Below are positions 19,601-33,500 of a stretch of 64,000 nucleotides of DNA, piece by piece. Made by a program: the position numbers and the translations under genes. Below the pieces are notes generated by a model. The model ran no database searches. It saw only the letters and a program-made list of their open reading frames with translations, and was not told the origin of the DNA. This DNA comes from Amoebophrya sp. A120 (Eukaryota > Protista > Dinoflagellata): contig CAJINV010000002.1 in NCBI GenBank assembly GCA_905178155.1, positions 9,554,650 to 9,618,649 of the forward strand. Direction: 5' to 3'. Position 1 is the stretch's first letter, and every line of letters begins with the position of its first letter.

Positions 19601-22600
19601 CATTATGGGGGATCCCCTGACCAGCTGCCACTTCGCCGCCACGATGTTCGGCCTCGCCGCCGTGTGCACCGGCAAGGGCACCGACCTGGAGCGCGCGCGC
19701 GCCGCGGGGTGCCAGGGAACCTGCATATTGAGAGGAAAAACCCCCCCTCCCCATATCAAAACGAAGTTTCTGATGCTGGATTTGCGTACTCAAATCAGAT
19801 CTGTCTTGCTGGCGAGGACTGCGGGCTCCTGCCAAGCCTGAGTAGAGAGCTTTTGGCCTAGGCGCTTAGCATGAGAAACGTCTATGTTGTAGGCCCAACA
19901 GCATGACAAACCGCCTGCATAGTGCGGCAGAGCCTGCGGAGTTGTCTTCTTGCAATACAGACGTGATTTGCGACCTCAAATAAGCAACACAAATATTCGG
20001 AAACATGCCTTTTCGATATGGGGAGGGGGAATTTTCCTCACAATACTGCATCGACTACATTTGCAACGTGAACGTGAACAACGCCAACGCCGGCGGCACG
20101 ACCAGTACCACCGTGACCACGCAGAACGTGAACACGTTTCTGCCGGCCGGGGAGTACCTCTACGGCTACGTGAAGATCCGCACCGAGAAGTCCAAGGAGC
20201 AGTTGAAGCAGAAAGCCGACCTGATGCGGCAGGACCGGGTCAAACTGCAGGCCACCGCCTACCACTTCGCGAAGGAATCGCTGGTGACCAACTGGCCCGA
20301 TCACATGTGGGTCGAGATTACGGAGGAGCCGACCGTCACTAACCAACCGCCCGCGAGTACGGAGGCGGAGGACGAGGAGTTTACCAGCAGTGGGCTGTTT
20401 GTCGCCCTGCTTTGCGTGTTGGCGGTCGGGCTGGTGGTGGGGGGTGCGATGTGCTTCTGCAAACGCCAAGCGCAGTTTCAAGACCGGGAGGAGGAAGATC
20501 CCATGATTGCTAAGGCGAAAAAGATCGCACTGTATAAATGACTGGGTCATAATTTTTGATGCTTTCATCATTTTGTTTTCTGTATCTCTGTTCGTGCGCA
20601 CTAACTTTGACGATCACCTAGCAACTGCCTGCATTCGTGAAGTAGATAATCACGTAGCAACAGGTGTTGAGATAATGGATTAAGTGCCCCAAAACTTCAT
20701 ATTTCCAACTCCAGGGTGCTCCTGTTTCCGCTCGCCGGCCTGGGCTTCGTTGCGGTGAAAGGGTTCGAGAAGGTGAAGGCGTACTGCAAGGGGCCGCCCG
20801 AGTCCGAGGACGAGCAGGACTTGTGGGAGCCCCCCGAGGGGTTTCAGGCGTACGCCGGGGCGGAAGTGGTGCTGAAAAACCTGACGAAACTGGAGTACAA
20901 CGGCCTGAAGGGAAAATTGATGAAATACGTCGAGGACAAGGAAAGATGGCTCGTCGACGTGGTCGTGTTCCAAAGCACGGTGGAGGAGGAGCACAAGGAG
21001 CTGTCGCTGAAACCGGAAAACTTCCGCGTTCTGAAACCCCAGCACGGGCGGCAGAACCTCGCGCGCGCCAAGGGCCGGTGGAAGGGCGGCCTCGGCATAC
21101 TCGGCGTGGGCGGGACAAAAACGGCGCCAGCGCAGGACGAGGGCCTCTTCGAGGAACTCAACCTACCGGATTCACCAGAAAAAGTACAGGTTTTTTTTTG
21201 CATAACTGCTGATGACGCGAGAGACCGAGGCTTTTTATTGGGGCTGTGGATGTCTAGAGGGACAGATTGTCGTCCTGGAGCATATTTTTATCACCACATC
21301 GTTCATCCAGCAGTTCTACTTGAAGAATTGTTGCCTCGTTCAGATTGAATCAGAAAAAACGGGGCTGTAAAAATGTTGGGTTTTAAGTTTAAGAATTAAT
21401 TAATTCGTCCCCGGCTTGTGTGTGTCGGGGCCGGCGTCTCCATGTGGTGTCGGAGCGGATTCGGAGAGGCGCGGCGCAGATGTGGATTCTCGGCGACAGG
21501 CGACGGCGGCGGGACGGAAAATGTTTGATATACATGGCCGGGGAGTTTAATTTTCATGGCCACAGGGGAGGACGGCGCGGGCAATTTTGGGCCACACATG
21601 AGGGCAGTGGCCGCTCACTTTATCCAATACACACACGGACCAGGGCATTATTTACCTGGACACAGGTTATCGGGGAGTTAATTAATTTTCTTAGAAACTT
21701 AGTTTCTAAGTTAATTAATTAATTCGGGGGTCCTCTGTGTTCAGCTTCAGGACGAGCACTGGCAGCTTCGGCGCCCATTTTTAGCGCGCCCGGCACAGTG
21801 ACGCGGCGCGTTTTCGTGTGGCCGAGCCGCGCCCAAAAGCCAACGCGTACGGCTGCGAGTTTTGCGCGCGCGCGCAGATTTTTGTGTGCGTGAGCACGGG
21901 CGCAGAAGTTTACGTCTTTCGCGCGCGTGCGCGCACCCACCTGCGGTCTTTATCTTCATGCCCTGTGCGCGCACACAGTAATGCACGCGCGGAGACATCC
22001 TCATGTCCTGTGCGCGCACGCAATCGCGCGCGCGCGCACGCACGCAGCCTCGTGCCCTGTGCGCGCGCGCAATCTCATTCGTGCGCGCGCGCATGCAGAC
22101 ATCCACATGCCCCGCGCGCGCGCAGCCGTCAACGTGTCCTGTGCACAAAGCGCGCGCGCGCAACCATCCTCATGCCCCCCGGGCGCGCAGACATCTTCCT
22201 GTCCCGCGCGCGCTCGCTGGCGGTGGGCTCGCGCGCGCGCAGACGCGCAAGAGGTTGGGGCCGCACACGCAGGGCGAATAGCCCGCGCGCACACATAGGA
22301 GGTCGAGCCTGTGTGCGCGCGCGCTGAGAAGGCGGGCTGGCGCGCGCTCGCAGGATGCCTCTGGGCTGCCGTGGGCGAATGTGCACGGCAGGAATAGAAC
22401 GAGGTGGCCGCATCGGCCCAATGCAATGCAAATCACGGCGGCGCGTGGCATTTTTGGAATTACTTTGTAAAGGGCGGGCCTTTGTAGCTTTCACGCACAA
22501 ACGTGCTTTTCACTTTACTGCGCGCAGGTCAATCGCCCGCGCGCCCGCGCGGGCGTAGTGGCCACAAGCTGGGTATGCAAACAACGCCAAGAGGCTAGAC

Positions 22601-23333
22601 TGGCTTTTCACACACACAGTCCCGGAATTAATTAATTAACTTAGAATCTAAGTTTCTAAGTTAATTAATTAATTCCCGGAGTGTGTGTATGAGGAAAAAA
22701 CTAACTCCGTTCATCATGTCTGTCAGCAAATAATTGCACGACGGATCTTGTGTGGGTGTCTGTCTCTGAGTCACCTGTGTGTCTGTATCGTGCCACCCCT
22801 TGTTTTATCGAAAATTAATTCGTCAGTGCGAAAACATGTGTGGCAAAAAAAATAAATGCGCAGGCATCCTGTATGACGAAGTTTTCAATACTAATAATCA
22901 AATATCAAAAAGCTTACCAGGTCTTGGGACTTTCGCCGGCCCCGACACACACAAGCCGGGGACGAATTAATTAATTCTTAAACTTAAAACCCAATATTTT
23001 TACAGTATCGAAAAAACGAAATAAATCTGATTTCAGGTGGACCACGCGGATATGACAGCGAAGACGATAGATATCACCAAGCAGCGGGTTTTCAAGCCGT
23101 CCCAGCCGGCCGGCCGATTGCCAATTCGGCCGCGGGAGCCCGAAACGAGCAACCAGGTGGTCGCCGTGGAGAAAAAATCCATGTTCAGCAGCTTTGGCGG
23201 GATGTTTGGCGGGGGAGGCGCTAGCAAAACAAGTGCGACGTCGAACCAGGCTGCCATCGCCGGGAACAGCAACAACAATCGCCAGCTCGTGCAGGCACAG
23301 TACGGTGTGAAAAGCTACCGGCGCCCCAAGTGA
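16623..23333 (+). CDS. Multi-exon Cys-rich membrane protein: signal peptide, ShK-like Cys modules, TM helix, cytoplasmic SH3/KOW-like barrel. Approximate exons 16623-17029, 17198-17387, 17823-18243, 18514-19725, 20051-20531, 20715-21189, 23037-23333
   Basis: Splicing restores frame at each junction (CE-DH, KQC-WEF, DGC-GSF, GTC-IDY, IAL-VLL, VQ-VDH); CED..C..C..CPVTC motif; TM GLFVALLCVLAVGLVVGGAMCFC; VVLKNL..YNGLKG..RWLV..LKPENF. Confidence 0.7.
17030..17197 (+). mobile_element. Introner-type non-canonical intron
   Basis: GAGGA|TATCCC..GCTAGCGCAT / ATGCGCTAGC..GGGATA GGGGA|; removal restores frame. Confidence 0.75.
17388..17822 (+). mobile_element. Introner-type non-canonical intron (degenerate)
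   Basis: AATGC|TAT...ATA GCTGC|; removal restores frame. Confidence 0.6.
18244..18513 (+). mobile_element. Introner-type non-canonical intron
   Basis: Perfect DR CTGCG; IR TATCAT..AAAAACGTCCCCACCCCA / TGGGGTGGAGACGTTTTT..ATGATA. Confidence 0.9.
19726..20050 (+). mobile_element. Introner-type non-canonical intron, same family as 37197-37526
   Basis: Perfect DR CTGCA; ~35-bp IR containing CCCCCTCCCCATATC / GATATGGGGAGGGGG. Confidence 0.92.
21361..23009. mobile_element. Non-autonomous long-TIR DNA transposon (Mutator/foldback-like) inside an intron
   Basis: 72-bp IR at 21365-21436 / 22934-23005 with one mismatch; flanking DR GAAAAAAC(G), 8-9 bp; no transposase ORF. Confidence 0.8.
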
Positions 23334-24088
23334 GGCAATTGCTGAATTACAGCCCACTTTTTCTACTTGTGTGTTGTGCTCTCGCTGGCTGGCGTTTGCG
23401 GACAAGTGGGAAGGAAGCCAGGTGCGGTTTTGGAGATTCGGCCCCGGAACAAAGTTCTTGCTGTTGATGCAATGCCTGCAATAGGTACTGCAGCAGAAAA
23501 AAAGATTGCCAGAAAGTAGACGGCTTGAGGTGTAAAAACCGCAGTCGGAGTCCCCGTACTTTGATGTCTGTGCTGTGGTCCGCCTCTTGTCAGGTCCTCG
23601 TATTCAGCGGAAATTCTGATAATTTCCAGTGGCACAACACGCTGCAGAACCGCTTGGCGGCTACGTGCTGCAGGAGAGTCATTTGGGGATGTTCATCCAT
23701 GCTGCACTAATATGGTGAAGCACCATATTGACGACCGAGCCTGCTCGTTTCTTCGTTGCTTTGGATTCAGCTCTTGCGGATGATTTCTTGAACTCAGATG
23801 GGCCTCCGTTTACTCCGGACTGCCTCACGTCGGTGATTACAGCCCTGTCAGTCAGCTGTCAAAGGCATACTGGTTGTGGTGGTTCTTCTCGGTGTTGGGT
23901 GCATTTTGTTCTTTAGCGTAGAAGGCCCGTTTCAGTTTGTGCAGGCAGTCATAATTGGTTCCTCTGAACAAAAAGCTCGCGCGTTCAGCGTACTTCTGGC
24001 TACGTTGGAGACCCCACAGAAGTTGAGTTACTGTAGCAAAAGATACCTTTTTACCTTCTTATCGAGCAATAATATATAAGAACCTCCT

Positions 24089-25580
24089 ATGGCGACGTCC
24101 GTGTACGGAAGTTTTGGGGCGTCAGAGCGTCCCGCAACCGGACCGGGCGTCAAAACCAATACCGGAACGCAGGTGCACACTATGGCACTGGAAAAAGACA
24201 TGGATGTAGCCGATTTGCGTTCGTAGTTGCAAAGGCAGTAATAATTCTACTTCTTTCCATCAAACATCAGACCAGAAATAGTCCGCGTTACGGCGGTTGA
24301 GTATGGCCGTATTCCATTGGTCTCCATTTACATGGTGCTCCAAAAAAAAAGTACTGACTGCTTATGCATGTTCTTACTGCGGCGCTTTAGCACTGAGGAA
24401 GTAAAACAAGCGAATCCAAAAGCTACCGCCAGTTGATGTTTTTTTAGCCTCGATACTGCTTGGAAACCACGTGCATCACAACATATCCACAGTGACAAGA
24501 AAGTGCGCCCAGGAGGTTGATTTTGAAACCATTGTGGCGCTGTCCAAGCAGTTTACCGAGGAGTTGGAGCTGAAACAGGCCGAGAAGCAAGCGCTGACCA
24601 AAATAATATCGGACGCAAAGAAAGCTATCCAAAGGAATCAGGCCGTAATAGTGAAGAAAAAGGCACAACTGGAAAAAAGCGAGACGCAGAAACAGGATTA
24701 CGACAAAAAATTCAAAGAGCTGGAGGCAGGGAATGCGAAGCTAAGGCACGAATTGCAGGGCCTGCTCCGGGAAAACGAAAAGCTAGGTAGACTTTGATAA
24801 AGTATTTGAGAACAACGAAGACGAAGGTGCGCATTATGAAAGAATAGAGGAATTGTTGTCGTGTAATAGTGCACGGCTTGAAATGATCCATATTCTCGCT
24901 AGAGTCGCAAAAATTTGTACCTGCGAAATCGTTGCTGTGCGTTTGACGAGAAAAATGAAACAAATCTATCAGCTGTAGAGGTGGAAACAATGTCAGAGCA
25001 GATGCGGGAACTCTTAGCAGTGTACGGGGAGCACCGGGAATATCCTGTGCAAAAGTATCGCACTCGTAGTAAAAATCGCGTTTATGCATTACAAATCTCT
25101 TTCTCAAGATAAATCAGCATTACCAATTCAATTTGTAATGCTGGGCAATTTGTCATGCAATTTATACTAGTACGATGCTTTTGCATTGCATAGGGAACAA
25201 CTGGAGGCAATACAGAACATGTCCAGCACCTATAGGCGGGAAATTGGAATAGAAAAGAAGCACCGCGATGAGGTAGGGCACTTAGTAGTTTGATGAAAAC
25301 CTGTTCTTGCCGACACGGATTCGTTTGACAATCTTTTTTCTTTACAGAACGGGAACGAAATGTTGCCCTTGCCCCTAAAAGCAAAGCCGCTCCTTGCTTC
25401 CTTTGAACAGGATTGCTGTACCACTCTCATCCATCACAGGTAATGGCGTCCGTGCGGACGCACAAGACCGCGAGAAGCATCATGAACGACCGCGTCGCAG
25501 ACGCCACGCGGAGGCAAAACCTGCTGAAAAGCCACGTTGCAGACATCTTTGTAGCCAGTGTAGTGGCGCCGGGTGGATAG
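24089..25580 (+). CDS. Multi-exon coiled-coil protein of unknown function (exons approx. 24089-24205, 24513-24786, ~24940-25040, ~25420-25580)
   Basis: Heptad E/K/Q/L-rich segment EVDFETIVALSKQFTEELELKQAEKQ..; first intron GT-AG in frame. Confidence 0.55.
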
Positions 25581-27513
25581 TGCAGCGCGGCGCCCCACCG
25601 CACGCGGCCATCATAAGGTTCATGCTCAGTCGATGAGGTTAATTTTCGCATTTATTCCTTGTACTCTGATATTTCCGAACCACGACTCGGACTTTTCTCC
25701 TGACCCCCGACGCCTTGATCAAAATTCTGATGAATGCACCAAAAAACGAACTGCACACCACATTGCAGAAACACACATCGCCCGGGCTCCTTTCAGAAAT
25801 AATATGGCTCTAGAACCGAATCGCCGCAACCTAGCCTGTAACTGATCACAAACACAACATCGCTCTGAATTTCGAACAGCGTGATGTCATCTGCGTGCAC
25901 ACAAGACATCATGCAGCGCGCTCGTGCAATACAAACTCAAACATATAAGATCCAAAAAAGACGCACCTCTCTGATGCGCCAGGGCCCGCACGCTCGGGTA
26001 ATACTGCGTACGCAAATGGGGAGAGGTGCCTGCGTTCGCATATGCAAGCACACGCTCGTCCACCGAGGTTTAATTTTAATGTGTGCGCAATGTTGCGTGT
26101 GGCGCAAGAACCAAGATCTGAACCATGACTGATTAGCCCACAAGCTTCATGCTCCTGGTTGTATCTACATTGAAAGAAAATATACAAAAGAGGACAAGAT
26201 TCCGAGCCTGTGCGTGGTCTTGTCTGCTGCGTCTCCGCCTGTCAAGATCGTGATTTTTGAGTCTGAAATGAGCTCGCTTGGTACGATCGACCTTTTAACA
26301 GCGTGAGTATTTATCGTTCCACGTATCAAAACAAAAGGAAAAGGGAAGGCACTAAAGACACGGAGTTGCAGCTTTAATACCAGCCTATGCCACTTTTACT
26401 AAAGCTCTCGTTCTCCAGTGAGGCACAGCGACAAACTACCGAAAGCTCTTGTTCTGGCCGTCTATTGATTGGTAGTCGTACTCACTCGAAATAGCTGTGT
26501 TTTTACGTCATAACTTCTTCAAGCGTAATAAATCGCGAACATTTTGCAGTAGTCAGCGCCTTCGTGGCATAGAATTAGGATCGCATGAAGCAGACACGAT
26601 AAAATCGCTCGGCCTTTCTGAAGAAAATCTGCCAATTATAAAGTAGGATGGTTTTGAGCGCGCCGCGGCCTGCAACACCCATTATCCTTGAAGAATGATG
26701 AAAACAATGCGACCTGAGATAATCAGAAAAAACCCTAGCTAGTCCACGTTTCCCCATACCATACGGATATATCACAATTCATTCCCAGCGACACTCATCA
26801 TGCACATATTTCTTCGACGGCCCTACATAAAATGGACTTAATCCATTAGAAATAAAGGAAACATACCTACGTATTTTTTATCTCCGGCGACATAGTAACT
26901 TTTACCGCGTAGCAGGCGTAGTACTGCCACTGTTTTGTCGGTGGGGACGCCTGCTCTGGTGCCAGGACCTTGGTTTTTCACTTAAGTAGCGGGCTTTTTG
27001 CGGCTCCCCGCGGCCTTTGTAGATACTTACAACGAAGCCAGCTCGTAAGAAGCGCAACATAGCGCCTCCGGTATTTTTTCCACCTCGCGCGCGCACTCTG
27101 CAGGTATGGCAGGAGGCCCGCTGCAAGTTTTCTTCCGGAGTGAACCAGTCGCGCGCTCGCGCGGGGCCACCGACGAACATCGAGACGGTGGATGTACGAG
27201 CTTTGTTACCTGCAGTTGGTGACGCCCGGAACAGGTCGAAACTCTTATCTTCCAGCAGAAGGATTATGCGTGCTGCAGAATGATCGTAGTCGTACGAGTT
27301 CACCTCTGACCTGTACGCGAGCGCACGTGTCCACCTCCACTCCAGGAGGAAGCACCGGGAGAACAAGTCTGTTCCTCAGGAAAACTACTTATAGTTCGCG
27401 ACGACGTCTTCGCCCAGTAGTTTTACGAGCGGGGAAGTACTTGTAGTAGAGCTCTTGATGCGAAACAGGTTTTGTCACTTCGAGATTCAAGATCTCCTCA
27501 CAAGTCCGGCAAC

Positions 27514-30500
27514 ATGGAAAATGAACCCGACACAAACGCGGTGTCCGCTACGGAGCCGCTGCAAAATGGCGAACAACAACAAAACAAGTCGAAGCACACG
27601 GTGCAGCCCTGTACCGGGCACCAGCTGCCGAAGCAGGTGGTGGAAATCATGGTCCAGGTCCCTGCGGGCAACAGCGCGCACAACCATTTCCGCACGCCGA
27701 CCCACGCGTCAGCGAGCAGCGGTACTTCTACCGCGTTGCAGCTCGGACTAGGTGGGGCATTCCACCACAAGCTCTCCACGGTGGACGAGAACGAGATGCT
27801 GCTGGACGGGGCGGACAGCGGCACCACCTCCTGGCTCGCGACCGGAGCGGGAGGGAACAAGAAGAGTAAAACCACCTCTCGGGGCGGGTCGAAACATGCG
27901 AAAAACGCCGGGTCCGCAGATCTGACGAATACAAACGACAACCAGTCCTCTGCGTCTTCGGACGATGTGGGAGACGCGCGGACCCGGTCGAAGCAGCAGG
28001 TGCACCTTTTGGAAACCCTCTCCAGCGCGAGTTCCGACCAGTCCGGGCACAAAATGCAGAATCTCTTCTCGGCGCAGCTTTCCCCCTCCGACGTCACCAG
28101 CACCACGAGCCAACAGCAGGAGGCATACCCGCTTTCCTTGAAGATGCTCGAGGCAACATCGCATTCGAACATCTTTTCAGCAAGTCACGCGACAAGCCTC
28201 CAGCAGAGCCTGGACTTGCAATTTGAAGTGAACGAAGACCGGGAGGGCGTCGTGAAGTTGTTCACGGAGTATCAAAGTGAAAAGCGCCTGCCCCCATGCC
28301 CGGGAGTTTCAGATGGTTTTGTTGCATCAGGTTTTGTTGATTTTCATCATCCTAACTGCGAGCTGCTTTGTCGATGCCATCTAGTAGAGAAGTAGTTTCT
28401 ACTTCGCCTATAAAAGATTTGTAGTAGAGAAATCTTGTTACGGCTTCAGAATCGATGGGCTTTCTGCACCAATAAAATTATGTTGCTAGCATGTTGGCGG
28501 TGACTAATGTGAAGCAGCTCTCCGATAAGTTCTCAGATATAAGGGCGTTTTTCACTTTGAGACGTAGTGGGGCGGCTTCACAGAGGGGTGCATCGCGGAC
28601 TGGAATCACGGTGAATACGAGACTGCAACCTTTGCCATTCGGCACATGAAGTCTGGCGAGATCCTCTGTGCCGCGGGTATGACGACGAAGGGCTTGGCGA
28701 ACGAACCAACCGAGGTCGGCGCAGCAGCAGGAGATGTAGATGGCCCAGCAACAATGCAAATAAACCCGAACCTCATTCTCGCGAAGCCCGGGGTGCGGTC
28801 GACGCGGGTAACTCGCTCACAGACCGTGCAACAGCAGCAAAGACGGGCAGCCGCGGCGCTGGGCAAGAAGGGGAAGGGAAAGCAAGGAAAACAGTTCTTT
28901 TCTCATAAGGGAAACAGCACGTCCTTTTTGCCGGATGATTTGCACCGGGCGTCCACCGATCCAAATTTCGTCTGGGAGGATGATGACGACGACGACGACG
29001 ATTTTTACTACGAGAATATCCCCGGAGAAGAGGAGGATCAGGCGGATCAGCAGCCAGAACAAGGCAACGAAGCGGGCGGGAGCATCAACCAGGACGCTGC
29101 AGCAGACATGGCGTCGGCGTCGGTGGCGTCCAGCAAAAATCAGAAAAACAAGAAAAAGAAGGGACCGGGCGCTTCGATGAAAACGGTGCAAATTATAGAA
29201 CCGTCGAGCAAACAGCAGGCAGCGAAGGCAACAACCGGCCGGCGGCGAAAAATCTCCCGTAAAACGGTCTTGACGCTTTTCGCTACCGCGAAGGCGTGGA
29301 GGAGAATGGGCATGGCGGAGCTGTATGGTTGGGGACACAGGGCTAAAGATGTTTCTGCTAGAATCTGGTGAGGAGCCTCAACACCGTCAAGCCTGTGGTT
29401 AGTTGTCATTGCGACGGGAAGATGAAGAAATTAGCGCTTGGGTTTATGATGTAAACTGCGCATGATCCACAACTTCGTCCCGAGGATCATATTGCAATTT
29501 GGTTAATGATGAAATCATGCTATTATACCAATTTGGGTACTTAGCTGTGTCCTCCACTACTCAGTTTTAGCTCAACATTTTTGCCACATGTGTTTCCCCA
29601 GTCGATACCCGCCTGGTTTGGTTTATCAAAAGGACTTACAGCGGCTACAAATCCAGCCCGAAGGTGCGCAAGATCATCATTCCCGCGACGCAACCCGCGC
29701 TGAAGTTCTGGAAAAAATGCGGCGCCACGGACTTGCAGTTCAAGGACACGGACGCGATCGCCCGCCTGAACTACCGCAGATGCACCCTAATGGAGCTCAA
29801 GACCGCGGGTTGGGAAAGCGGACTGCTGCGCGAGATGACTCTGTATTTGATTGACTCTTTCTTGGGGAATTTCTGTCCTTTTTGTGCGCATGCCGCAGTT
29901 CGGCTCTTGTGTCGTGTGTGATGTAGTAGTACAATTGCTGGTGCTCTAGTGCTGTTTCCTTTAGATTTGCAATAATCGACCAAAGTTAAAGTAGAGTGCA
30001 GTTGCACTAACAACCTTTGATATGTTGCGCTTTTTAAGAACATGTTGACTTGGTCGTGAAAAAGTTTAGATTTTTCATTGGAGAAACCTTGCTAGATGTA
30101 GCGCTTTGCCCTGTCTCGTGATGAATGTATGCTGGAGGAAAAATCACTACTATAGGCCCATGATCGCTTTGCGCGCCGAGTTTTCCCGACTGGTGAACTA
30201 CGTGAAATTTGGGGAGAGCGCCGAGGACCTGACCACCATCCTGACGGAGTCGTCCGGTAACGCGATCAGCAACCGCTGCCCGGACGACGGGCAAACGCTG
30301 CTGTTCGACGCAGTGCAGAAGAAGGACCCGCAGCTTGCCTTCGAGTTCACGCGGACCTTGGTGGAGGCCGGCAATTTGTGGGCCGAGGTGAACGCGCACG
30401 TCGAGCCGGGCGAGCTCCAGCAAAATAAGCCGATCGGTGTTTTTTTGCCCAAGCAAGGAGGAACGCTGGACCACGAGGAAATCGTGGCTCCTGCCGCCGC

Positions 30501-33500
30501 GCAGGTCGGTCGGTCGGCAAAAAGTTCCAAGTCGTCCGCCGCCCCCTCAAACCACCCGCACGAGGGAGCCACCACGACGTCGACCAAAAGCAAAAAGATG
30601 AAGCGCGCCCCGCGGAACGCCGGGGCAAGCAAGAAAACGGCCACGGCAGGGGCACTGGAGGTAGAAAGCGCGGCCGCGTCGCCACCGGAGGGCGAGGGGT
30701 TTCACCTGTCGCTCAACGTGCTTGACGCGACCAACACCTCCGCTACCCCGTTCAGCAAGAAGTCCAACGAGCCGGACCCGCGGGCGGCGATGGATCCGGG
30801 GGCCATACCAGCGGGTCTTCTTGGCGCAGGAGCAAAGAAAGGAACCACTACGGCTGCCTCGACAGTGACTCGATCCTCCGACGGGGAAGCACTTATTGCT
30901 TCGCCGGGTGTAGTTTTTGCAGGCCACAACAGAATTCCCGTCGCAACCTCGCACATAGTGATCGAACACACGCGACTGGACACGCGGGTGCGGGTGCAGA
31001 CCAGTCCGATCGGCAAGCGGTTGCACGACGCCTTGCGGCACCAGAAGGAGAGCAAGGAGTTCCCCACGCTCGACGTGAACGCGTGGGACATGAACGAGCA
31101 GACGGCGCTGTTCTACGCCTGCAACTTCAACGACCGGGTCGATGTGATCGCGTACCTGCTGAAAAAGTTTGCCAACGTGAACCACGTGGACCGAAACCGC
31201 GAGACTTGCCTCTTCTACGCCTGTCGTCGCGGGAACCCGCGCACGGTGCAGGTGCTCCAGGAGCTGGGGAACGTGAACTACAAACAGAGGAACTGGAAGC
31301 TGTTGCTCGCCTTCGACTACCCGCTGCAAAAGGGCGTGTCCGCGGGGGCCGCCGGGGGGAGTAGGGCCGGGGACGGTGCTGGCGTTCAACCCGGCCCAGC
31401 CGCGGGAGACCACCAGCCGCGGGAAGGAGAAAGTGATGAAGCGAACAACCGGGAGCCCGTGGCCGACTTCGTCGGGACAAACAGTAGTGCCACCGCCGGC
31501 GCCGGTGGACTACAGCCACAGGGGTCGGAGTGGCGCGACACGCAGGAGGCGTGCTTGGCGTCCTACTTTTACGACGGGCAGAAGAGATCCAGCCTGCCAG
31601 ATTCCGAGCTTCCGCAATTTGTCTTGGACAACCGCGCGCGGCGCAACCTCGGGTGCGATGGCTGGATCAAGCGGGCGCAGCAAATGCGGGAGGAGGAGCG
31701 GCGGCGGGAGGCGGAGCGGCAGGCGCAGGTCGCCGCGCGAACCGGCGCGTTGGAGCAACGGGCCGCGGCAGCTTCTCCATCTCTGCCGGGCGGCGGCACC
31801 GCGCGGCGCGCCTCCGGGTCGAGCGCGGCGGCACTGCGCCGCGGATCAGAAAACGAGCTGATGGACCTGATTCCCGAGAACGAACTCGACAAAATGGAGA
31901 AGCAAAACCAGACTGCGTTGGACCAGAAGATCAAGGAGCTCGACGAGGACGAGAAAATCGCCGATGGGGCGGACCCACATCGGCCGCGCAGATCGCGGGC
32001 GTCCTCACGAGCGGAGCTGCTGCAAAGCGCGGGCGGATCCCGGGGAGCCGCGGCGAGGAGATCCTCCATCCAAGATCTGCCTCCCGCACCACACCTTCTC
32101 GCAAACGAGGTTGGTGCGGGAGCCGCCCGAAGCGCAGAGCTGGCGGCGCAGAACATTTCGCGGACGCCGCGAGGACCAGGTCCGACGTCAGGCGACGTGG
32201 ATGCAGACCGGGCCAACGCCGAACCCACGGTGGAGGACGTGCTCGCGCTTGTTTCCGCGGTCGAGGCGGGCGGAAAAACCGGGCCGGGTAGCTCGTCGGG
32301 TACTACGTCATTGGAAAGTGTGTTGGTGGCGGAGAACAAGAACCCGACAGCTAACGCTGGGCCATCAAATATTAACGGCAGCGAAGTAGTACCTGGAAAC
32401 CCGCAGGACGGCGCGGATGCACGGATCACCAATGTTGAGCGGCAGGAGACATCACCTCTCGCGGCTCCGAGCGGTAGTGACGTCCCTCGGGAACAAGAAG
32501 AAAGTGCAGGTCGTGCTGCAGGGTCTGCAGCGGTCACCGTACAACGAACGACTCCCACGACGATCCAGCCACTGCGCCCGATCACCTCGGTGTCGGACCC
32601 GAAGGCCCGCGGCATTTTCTGGTGCCAGCCGGCCCACGTGGGGGACGTCGTGGCCTGCATAAACGAGGGTCTGCGGCGCGAACGCGAGAGAAGGAAAAAC
32701 CAGGAGCTCCGTTCGGCCGGCGGTGATGCTGCAGCTGCGGAGGGTAGTAGCGCCCCTCTAGCAACGTCCGCGCACATTAATCCTGCCCAGGTTGTAGTAT
32801 CAGGAACCGCCTCCGTGCTACCCACAGCTCCGACGGTGAGTGCAGCCGCAGCCGCCCGGGCGCCCCGTTACGACGAGTTGGAGCCGGTGTTCGCAGTGAA
32901 TCCGCGCGGACGGGATCCCCCGTTCCCGATTTTGTCGCAGCGCCGGGTGCGGGCTCTTCGTCCGGAACAATCCGCTGCGGAAAGAACAAGCTCCTCGCGG
33001 ACGAGTTTTCAAAGGTCATGGGAAGAGGTGCAAGGAGACGTCCATGCGGCCGGAGGCTACGCCGACGCGGTGAACGCGCGTCGGGAGCTCCGGGGGCTCG
33101 ACCGCTTGACCGCAAGTCGGATCCTGACATCGGCGCCGCCGCCGGGCGTGACCAACAAGCGCGGGCGAGCGGAGGCGGAGGAAGAAGAGACCAGTACTCC
33201 GCTCTCGGCCCCACCAAGGCAGGAGGCCAAGCGACCGAAGATTCTGGTCGGTGCACCACCTGCATTGGGTTCAGCACCCGGCGGACCGCCGCGCGCCGGG
33301 GTGTCTGGTGTGTCGTCTTCTCAGCACGTTGCGCTTGTTGCGCGCAACGCCGGCCTCGGACCAGCACGTGGTACAGGTACAGTCGTGCAAAAGCAAGCGG
33401 GATCGGGAAACGCCGCGGCTGCAAAAATGAACGGAATTGTAGTTCCGCACAAATTCGCGGATGTTGATCTCGGTGCTCTGGGAGGCGCAGCGATTGTTCT

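Noticed and set aside
21747-22558. Arg/Ala-rich ORFs inside the TIR element
   Set aside because: Translation of (GC)n low-complexity repeats; no transposase motifs
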